Source of the DNA: Longivirga aurantiaca
Lineage (GTDB): Bacteria > Actinomycetota > Actinomycetes > S36-B12 > CAIYMF01
Length of the DNA: 32,000 nucleotides
Direction: 5' to 3'
Assembly: GCF_042660085.1 (NCBI RefSeq)
Contig: NZ_JBHSTI010000008.1
Span: 450,001 to 482,000 of the forward strand
The position numbers and the translations under genes are program-made. Below the pieces are notes generated by a model. That model did not search any database. It saw only the letters and a list, made by a program, of their open reading frames with translations, and was not told the DNA's origin. Shown here piece by piece: positions 25,970 through 32,000 of this stretch (its first letter is position 1; each line of letters begins with the position of its first letter).

Positions 25970-27694
25970 CTAGGCGGAGTGGTCGGGGTCGTCGGGGACG
26001 GCGCGGACGATCTCCTCGAGCGTGGTGCCGCCGCGGCGGGCGAGCTCGACGGCCTGCTCGCGCATCGACCGGGTGCCGGCGAGCCGGGCGGCCCGGCGGA
26101 TCGAGGACTCGTCACCGCCCTCGAGCAGGGCGCGGCGCACCTCGGGGCCGACCTCGAGCGTCTCGAGCACGGCGGTACGGCCGCGGTAGCCGGTGCCGCC
26201 GCAGGCGAGGCAGCCGACGGTCTCGAGCCAGCCGCCGACCGGGTCGGACACCCAGAGCGTGGCGAGCAGGAACGGGTCGGGGTCGTGCCGCACCGCGCAC
26301 TCGGGGCACGGCACGCGCACGAGCCTCTGCGAGAGCACGAGGGCGAGGGACGACGTCAGCAGGTAGCCCGGCACGCCCATGTCGAGCAGGCGCGTCACGG
26401 CCGACGCCGAGTCGAGCGTGTGCAGCGTCGAGAGCACCAGGTGGCCGGTGAGGGCCGCGCGTACGGCGAGCTCCGCGGTCTCGCGGTCTCGGATCTCCCC
26501 GACGAGCACGACATCGGGGTCCTGGCGCAGGGCCGCGCGCAGCCCGCGTCCGAACGTCATACCGGTGCGTTCGTCGATGTGCACCTGGGTCACGCCGGGC
26601 AGCTCGATCTCGACCGGGTCCTCGAGGGTGATCACGTTGCGACTGGAATCCACGCCCTCGGAGAGCGCGGCATAGAGCGTGTTGGTCTTTCCCGAGCCGG
26701 TCGGACCGGTGATGAGCACGAGCCCCTGCGGACGGTGGACCACGTCGAGCAGCAGCCGCTGCTGCTCACCGGTGAGCCCGAGCGCGTCGAGCCTGGGCAG
26801 GCGGTGCGACGCCGGGAGCAGCCGCACCACGACCGTCTCGCCATGCATGCTCGGCAGCGTCGAGACGCGCAGGTCGACCCGCTCACCCTCCACGCGCGTG
26901 AGGGCACGGCCGTCCTGCGGGAGCCGGCGTTCGATCACGTCGAGGTCGGCGATGATCTTGAATCGCGCAGTGATCGCGCTGCTGCCGGTCCGTGGCAGCA
27001 GGAACGTCTCGCGCAGCACGCCGTCCACACGCATGCGCACGCGCACGCCGTCGCGCGACGGCTCCACGTGCAGGTCGCTGGCGCCCGCGCGCACGGCGTC
27101 GGCGAGCAGGCGGTCGACGAGGCGGATCGTGGCGGCGTCGGTGGCGGGGTCCGCGTCGTCGACAGGTACGTCGACCGGGGTCACCTCGTGCAGGAAGTCG
27201 GCGACGAGGGTGGTGTCGACCTGCTGGCTCCACACGATCGCCAGCGCCTCGCGGATGCGGCTCTCGGGGGCCACGTGAGCGTCGATGCCGGTCACTCCGG
27301 TGAGAGCGCGCACGTCGTCGAGGGCGACGACGTCGACCGGGTCTGCGACCGCGACCGCGAGCCGCGTGCCGCGCCGGGCGAAGGCCACGACGGCGTGCCG
27401 CTCGGCCAGGGCCCGGGGGATGAGGCGGGCGACGGCGGAGTCGACGTTGCCCGGGTCGAGGTCGATGAGGGGCAGGACGTGCTGCACGGCGAGCGCACGG
27501 GCGAGGTCGGACTCGTCGACGAGCCCGAGCTCGCGGACGACCCGGCCGAGCCGCCTGGTGCCGCCCGAGGCGAGGCGCGACTCGAGGGCGGCCGCGACCT
27601 GGTGGTGGTCGAGCAGCCCGAGCTGCACGAGCACGTCGCCGAGGCGCGGGCGCCCGACGGGCTCCTCGCCGGTCACGATCGGGTGGACGCTCAC
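25970..27694 (-). CDS. GspE/PilB-type secretion/pilus ATPase with MshEN-like N-terminus
   Basis: LVLITGPTGSGKTNTLYAALSEG (Walker A), RAALRQDPDVVLVGEIRDRETAELAVRAALTGHLVLSTLHT (Asp and His boxes), CxxC...CxxC (CPEC, CLAC). GTG start VSVHPIV at 27694 is tentative. Confidence 0.92.
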   Translation of the reverse strand: MSVHPIVTGEEPVGRPRLGDVLVQLGLLDHHQVAAALESRLASGGTRRLGRVVRELGLVDESDLARALAVQHVLPLIDLDPGNVDSAVARLIPRALAERHAVVAFARRGTRLAVAVADPVDVVALDDVRALTGVTGIDAHVAPESRIREALAIVWSQQVDTTLVADFLHEVTPVDVPVDDADPATDAATIRLVDRLLADAVRAGASDLHVEPSRDGVRVRMRVDGVLRETFLLPRTGSSAITARFKIIADLDVIERRLPQDGRALTRVEGERVDLRVSTLPSMHGETVVVRLLPASHRLPRLDALGLTGEQQRLLLDVVHRPQGLVLITGPTGSGKTNTLYAALSEGVDSSRNVITLEDPVEIELPGVTQVHIDERTGMTFGRGLRAALRQDPDVVLVGEIRDRETAELAVRAALTGHLVLSTLHTLDSASAVTRLLDMGVPGYLLTSSLALVLSQRLVRVPCPECAVRHDPDPFLLATLWVSDPVGGWLETVGCLACGGTGYRGRTAVLETLEVGPEVRRALLEGGDESSIRRAARLAGTRSMREQAVELARRGGTTLEEIVRAVPDDPDHSA

Positions 27695-27756
27695 GAGGGA
27701 GACATCGGCAGTTCTGCGCGGATGTTGAGCGTCCGAGCGGGGGTTCCGCGGCCGGG

Positions 27757-28314
27757 TCAGGCGTCGGTGTCGTCTGCGTCGTCCTCGGCCGTGGCCTTGG
27801 CCTTCTTCGCCTTCGCCTTGGTCTTCGCCGCCCGCTCGTCGAGGTCGTCGAGCAGGTCGCGGAGCTCGCTGCGGATGTAGTCGCGGGTGGCGACCTCGCC
27901 GAGGGCGACCCGCAGCGACGCGACCTCGCGCATGAGGTACTCGGTGTCGGCGATGAGGCGGTCGGTGCGCGCCCGGTCGTCCTGGTACTGCACGCGGTCG
28001 CGGTCGGCCTGGCGGTTCTGCGCGAGCAGGATGAGGGGAGCGGCGTACGACGCCTGCAGCGACAGCAGCAGCGTGAGGCCGATGAACTGCCACTCGTCGA
28101 AGCGCAGCTCCTTCGGCCCGAAGGTGTTCCAGAGGACCCAGGCGATGATGAACCCGGTCATGTAGCCGATGAAGCGCCACGACCCGAGGAACCGCGCGAT
28201 GCGCTCGGACAGGCGGCCGACGCGCTCCGGGTCGACGGACGGGCGCAGCGTGACGCCGCGCTCGGTCGGCTGGTCGAGGCGGGGCCCCCGACGCTCGTCA
28301 CGGTCACGCGCCAT
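27757..28314 (-). CDS. DUF1003-family membrane protein
   Basis: RIARFLGSWRFIGYMTGFIIAWVLWNTFG...FDEWQFIGLTLLLSLQASYAAPLILLAQNRQADRDRVQYQDDRART; Lys/Ala and Asp-rich tail. Confidence 0.93.
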   Translation of the reverse strand: MARDRDERRGPRLDQPTERGVTLRPSVDPERVGRLSERIARFLGSWRFIGYMTGFIIAWVLWNTFGPKELRFDEWQFIGLTLLLSLQASYAAPLILLAQNRQADRDRVQYQDDRARTDRLIADTEYLMREVASLRVALGEVATRDYIRSELRDLLDDLDERAAKTKAKAKKAKATAEDDADDTDA

Positions 28315-29590
28315 GGGTCACCTCCTCCTCGTCGTCCGTCGCGGCGTCCGGGTCGTTGTCGGCGTCGCGCCAGTTCTCGGGGAGCATGTGGTCGATGACG
28401 TCGTCGACCGTGATCGCGCCCAGCAGGTGGTCGTTCTCGTCGACCACGGGGATCGCCACGAGGTTGTACGTGGCGAAGTAGCGCGTCACCTGAGACAGGG
28501 GCGCATCCGGGCCGATGGGCTCGAGGGCGTCGTCGAGGACGGCCGAGACGAGGCTCGACGGCGGCTCGCGCAGCAGGCGCTGGAAGTGCGCGACGCCGAG
28601 GTACTTGCCGGTCGGCGTCTCGAACGGCGCGCGCACGACGTACACCTGGGCAGCCAGGGCGGGGGACAGGTCCTGGTCGCGGATGCGGGCGAGCGCCTCG
28701 GCCACCGTGGAGTCGGGCGGCAGGATCACCGGCTCCGGCGTCATCATGCCGCCGGCGGTGTAGTCGTCGTAGCTGAGCAGGCGGCGCAGGTCCTCGGCGT
28801 CCTCCGGCTCGACGAGCGACAGGATCGCCTCGGCGGTCTCCGGCGGGAGCTCGGAGAGGAGGTCGGCGGCGTCGGCCGGGTCCATCTCCTCGAGGACGTC
28901 GGCGGCGCGCTCGCCCTCGAGGGCCGCGACGATCTCGACGCGGTCGTCCTCGGGCAGCTCCTCGAGGACGTCGGCGAGCTTCTCGTCGTCGAGGGCGGCG
29001 GCGAGCTCGAACCGGCGCTTGGGCGTGAGCTCCTGCAGCACGTTGGCGAGGTCGGCAGCGCGCAGCTTCTCGACCGTGGCCAGCAGGCTGACCACGCCCT
29101 GCTCGGGGTCGGGGAGGGTGAGGCCCGACAGGGCGCTCCACTCGACGACGACCGTCTCGCCACGACGTCGGAAGCCGCTGCCGCCCTTGCGGACGAAGAT
29201 CTTCTCGACCGACCAGTCGCGGGTGCGCTCCTGGCGGATGCCGACGTCCTGCACCGTGACCTGCTCGCCGGTCTCGAGCAGGGTCACGCGCTTGTCGAAC
29301 AGTTCGGAGAGGACGAGGGTCTCGCCGGCGCGCTGCTCGAAGCGGCGCATGTTGAGCAGGCCGGTGGTGACGACCGCGCCCTCGGTCACGTTGGTCACGC
29401 GCGTCATGGGGCAGAAGATCCGGCGGCGGGGCTGCACCTCCACCACGAGGCCGAGCACGCGGGGGGCGTTGCTCCCGTGCCGGAGCGCGACGACGATGTC
29501 GCGCACCTTGCCGACCTGGTCTCCGCGGGGGTCGAAGACGGCGATGCCGGCGAGGCGGGCGATGTAGACCCTCGTCGGCGCTCCGCTCAT
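28304..29590 (-). CDS. MgtE N-terminal and CBS domain protein
   Basis: MgtE-N helical repeats (ANVLQELTPKRRFELAAALDDEKLADVLEELPEDDRVEIVAAL...EEMDPADAADLLSELPPETAEAIL) plus CBS pair (YTAGGMMTPEPVILPPDSTVAEAL; NLVAIPVVDENDHLLGAITVDDVIDHM); no MgtE transmembrane domain. Confidence 0.92.
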   Translation of the reverse strand: MSGAPTRVYIARLAGIAVFDPRGDQVGKVRDIVVALRHGSNAPRVLGLVVEVQPRRRIFCPMTRVTNVTEGAVVTTGLLNMRRFEQRAGETLVLSELFDKRVTLLETGEQVTVQDVGIRQERTRDWSVEKIFVRKGGSGFRRRGETVVVEWSALSGLTLPDPEQGVVSLLATVEKLRAADLANVLQELTPKRRFELAAALDDEKLADVLEELPEDDRVEIVAALEGERAADVLEEMDPADAADLLSELPPETAEAILSLVEPEDAEDLRRLLSYDDYTAGGMMTPEPVILPPDSTVAEALARIRDQDLSPALAAQVYVVRAPFETPTGKYLGVAHFQRLLREPPSSLVSAVLDDALEPIGPDAPLSQVTRYFATYNLVAIPVVDENDHLLGAITVDDVIDHMLPENWRDADNDPDAATDDEEEVTHGA

Positions 29591-29734
29591 GAGCGCAGCG
29601 TATCGGCCTGGTCAGGCACATCCCGACGGGAAACGCTGTGCCGTCCGCAGGCGCGGCAATGCTGTTGACGCGGGAGCCGGATGCGGGTGTGGTGGATCCC
29701 GAGCTCCTTCCGGAGCGTGCCGGGAGGAGGGATC

Positions 29735-31027
29735 GTGGACGACCCCGCCCGTCTCGAGGAGACGGACGACGTGGAGGTCGACCCGCCGGTGGGCGGCGCG
29801 GTCCCTTCGGGCGACGACCCTCCGCCGAACTGGGTGCGCGACGCGACGCTGTTCCTGGCCGGGCAGACGGCGTCGCTCTTCGGGTCGTCGCTGGTGCAGT
29901 ACGCGATCATGTGGCACCTGACCCTGACGACGCAGTCCGGGCTCGTCCTCATGGGCGCGACCATCGCCGGCTTCCTTCCGCAAGCGGTGGTGTCGGTGTT
30001 CGCCGGGGTGTGGGCAGACCGGCACAACCGCAAGCTGATCGTGATGGGTGCGGACGCGGTCATCGCCCTGACCACCCTGGGCCTCGTCGTGCTGCTGCTG
30101 CGCGGCGTCGAGGACCTGTGGCTGATCTTCCTGACGCTCGCGATCCGCTCGGTCGGCGCCGGCGTGCAGACCCCTGCCGTGAGCGCGCTCATCCCGCAGA
30201 TCGTGCCCGCGGCCAGCCTCATGCGGGTCAACGGCATCAACACCAGCATCCAGTCGGGGTCGATGCTGCTCTCGCCGGCGGTGGCGGCCTGGCTGTACGC
30301 CTCCTTCGACCTCGTCGCCGTGCTCATGGTCGACGTCGTGACGGCGCTGATCGGCATCGGACTGGTGCTGCTCGTCCCCGTCCCGGCGATCGCCCGGAGC
30401 GCCGTGGCCATGGGCTACCTGGACGACCTCAAGGCGGGGCTGGGCTACGTCAGGACCCACACGCTCGTGCGCCGGGTGCTCGTCTTCTACGCGATCATCT
30501 TCGTGCTCGTCGTCCCGCCGTCGTACCTGACGCCGCTGCTGGTGGTGCGAACGTTCGGCGACGAGGTCTGGAAGCTCACGGCGAACGAGCTCGCGTTCAG
30601 CATCGGGATGGTCGTGGGCGGCGCCTTCCTCGCGTGGTGGGGCGGCACACGCGACCGCATCGCGATGCTCGTCGGCGCCTCGATCGGGGTGGGCGTGCTG
30701 AGCATCGCCCTCGGCCTCGCCCCGTACCTCTGGATCTTCCTCGTGTTCATGTTCCTGGTCGGTGTGTGCATCCCGTTCTTCTGGACCACCTCGACCACGC
30801 TGCTGCAGGAGACGGTCGAGAACGACTTCCAGGGCCGGGTCTTCGGCCTGCTCGGGATCGTGATGGCGCTCGCGATGCCGTTCGGCATGCTGGTCTTCGG
30901 GCCGCTCAGCGACGTGGTGAGCGTCCAGGCGCTCCTGGTCGGCGGAGGCGTGCTGACGATCCTCGTGGGGATCGTCGTGGCCACCCGCAGCCCCGTCTCG
31001 GAGGAGTCGCACGCGGCGAGTGCGTGA
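29735..31027 (+). CDS. Major facilitator superfamily transporter
   Basis: Multiple TM helices; FLAGQTASLFGSSLVQYAIMWHLTLTTQSGLVLMGATIAGFLPQAVVSVFAGVWADRHNRKLIVMGADAV (MFS_3-like); GTG at 29735 preceded by cgggaggaggg RBS. Confidence 0.9.
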   Translation: MDDPARLEETDDVEVDPPVGGAVPSGDDPPPNWVRDATLFLAGQTASLFGSSLVQYAIMWHLTLTTQSGLVLMGATIAGFLPQAVVSVFAGVWADRHNRKLIVMGADAVIALTTLGLVVLLLRGVEDLWLIFLTLAIRSVGAGVQTPAVSALIPQIVPAASLMRVNGINTSIQSGSMLLSPAVAAWLYASFDLVAVLMVDVVTALIGIGLVLLVPVPAIARSAVAMGYLDDLKAGLGYVRTHTLVRRVLVFYAIIFVLVVPPSYLTPLLVVRTFGDEVWKLTANELAFSIGMVVGGAFLAWWGGTRDRIAMLVGASIGVGVLSIALGLAPYLWIFLVFMFLVGVCIPFFWTTSTTLLQETVENDFQGRVFGLLGIVMALAMPFGMLVFGPLSDVVSVQALLVGGGVLTILVGIVVATRSPVSEESHAASA

Positions 31028-31069
31028 GCCCGGGCGGTCGTGCCGGCCGACGTCCGGTTGGATGTGCGC

Positions 31070-31999
31070 ATGACCGAGGCCGGCGAGGTGCGCGCGAACG
31101 CCGTGTCCCGGCCGCCGGGCACCGACATCGCGCTCATGGCGGTCGCGGTCACGGCCATCTCGACGTCCGGCCCGATCATCGCCGCGATGGCGGCCCCGGC
31201 CCTCGCCATCGCCTTCTGGCGCGGCGTCTTCGGCGGCGGTCTCACCCTGCTGTGGGCCCTCGTGCGGCAGCGGGCGGAGCTGTTCGCCCTCAGCGGCAGC
31301 TCGCGGCGGTGGACCGTGATCGCGGGGCTGCTCCTGGGTGCGCACTTCGCGACCTGGGTGCCGAGCCTGCGCTTCACCTCGGTGGCGGCGTCCACCGCCC
31401 TGGTGGCGACGCAGCCCGTGTGGGCGGCGCTCATGGCCCGGGCGCAGGGTGCCCACGTCGCGCGGCAGGCCTGGGTGGGCATCGGGGTCTCGCTGCTCGG
31501 CATCCTCGTGCTCACGGGCATCGACTTCTCGATCAACCCCATGGCCCTCGTGGGCGACCTTCTCGCCCTCGCCGGCGCCGTGCTGGCCGCGGCCTACGTC
31601 ACGGCAGGGGAGAAGGCACGCCAGACGGTCTCGACGCCCGTCTACACCGGCGTCGCCTACGTGGTCTCGTCGCTGGCGATCCTGCCGCTGTGCCTGCTCC
31701 TGGGTGCGTCGCTCACCGGCTACTCCGCCCGCGACTGGTGGCTCCTCGTGGCGCTCACGGCCGGTGCCCAGCTGCTCGGCCACACGCTCATCAACCGGGT
31801 GCTCAAGACCACCTCGGCCACCGTGACCAGCCTGGCGATCCTGTTCGAGATGCCGGGTGCCACCCTCATCGCGGCTGTCTGGCTCGGACAGGTGCCGCCG
31901 CTCGCGATCCTGCCCGCGCTCGTCCTGCTCTTCGCAGGCCTCGTGCTGGTGATCCGCTCGGGCGACCGGCGGGTGCTCTCCGAGTCGCCCCCGGTCTGA
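31070..31999 (+). CDS. EamA/DMT-family transporter
   Basis: About 10 hydrophobic helices; two EamA-like halves (SGPIIAAMAAPALAIAFWRGVFGG; LKTTSATVTSLAILFEMPGATLIAAVWLGQVPPLAILPALVLLFAGLVL); ATG at 31070. Confidence 0.9.
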   Translation: MTEAGEVRANAVSRPPGTDIALMAVAVTAISTSGPIIAAMAAPALAIAFWRGVFGGGLTLLWALVRQRAELFALSGSSRRWTVIAGLLLGAHFATWVPSLRFTSVAASTALVATQPVWAALMARAQGAHVARQAWVGIGVSLLGILVLTGIDFSINPMALVGDLLALAGAVLAAAYVTAGEKARQTVSTPVYTGVAYVVSSLAILPLCLLLGASLTGYSARDWWLLVALTAGAQLLGHTLINRVLKTTSATVTSLAILFEMPGATLIAAVWLGQVPPLAILPALVLLFAGLVLVIRSGDRRVLSESPPV

Positions 32000-32000
32000 G

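Noticed and set aside
24329-29668. Very long antisense ORFs opposite mrp, pilB and MgtE genes (24329..25960, 25979..27880, 28169..29668)
   Set aside because: Compositionally biased mirror frames of genuine genes; no recognisable domains.
29612-31783. 723-aa minus-strand ORF opposite the MFS and EamA genes
   Set aside because: His/Asp/Glu/Arg-rich shadow translation; the plus-strand frames encode clean transmembrane proteins.

Overview
High-GC actinobacterial chromosomal window (probably Cellulomonadaceae or another micrococcalean; an inference from protein style only). It is largely a conserved housekeeping backbone: partial citrate synthase, dapD, dapE, wrbA, two tandem LOG-family genes, a FolP2-like DHPS homologue, a DivIVA-domain protein, tag, a DUF3117 protein, an O-methyltransferase, a sigE/anti-sigma/RseB-like/LmeA-like/htrA/tatB block, then mrp, a PilB-like ATPase, a DUF1003 protein, an MgtE-N/CBS protein, an MFS transporter and an EamA transporter. 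Between tatB and mrp (~17.0-23.2 kb) is an accessory-looking block. It holds a leaderless subtilisin-like S8 peptidase convergent with an operon encoding an ECF-like sigma factor, a ~150-aa helical/beta protein and a TPR-CHAT caspase-like protease, with a membrane-anchored orphan protein and a possible 55-aa ORF upstream. This two-protease, dedicated-sigma module is the best candidate for an under-described system. A second notable signal is a 62-bp palindromic intergenic element with terminal arms CGAGTTACTGCCCA...TGGGCAGTAACTCG, present twice 18.6 kb apart (7273-7334 and 25903-25964). No tRNA, rRNA, CRISPR, prophage or IS transposase was recognised.
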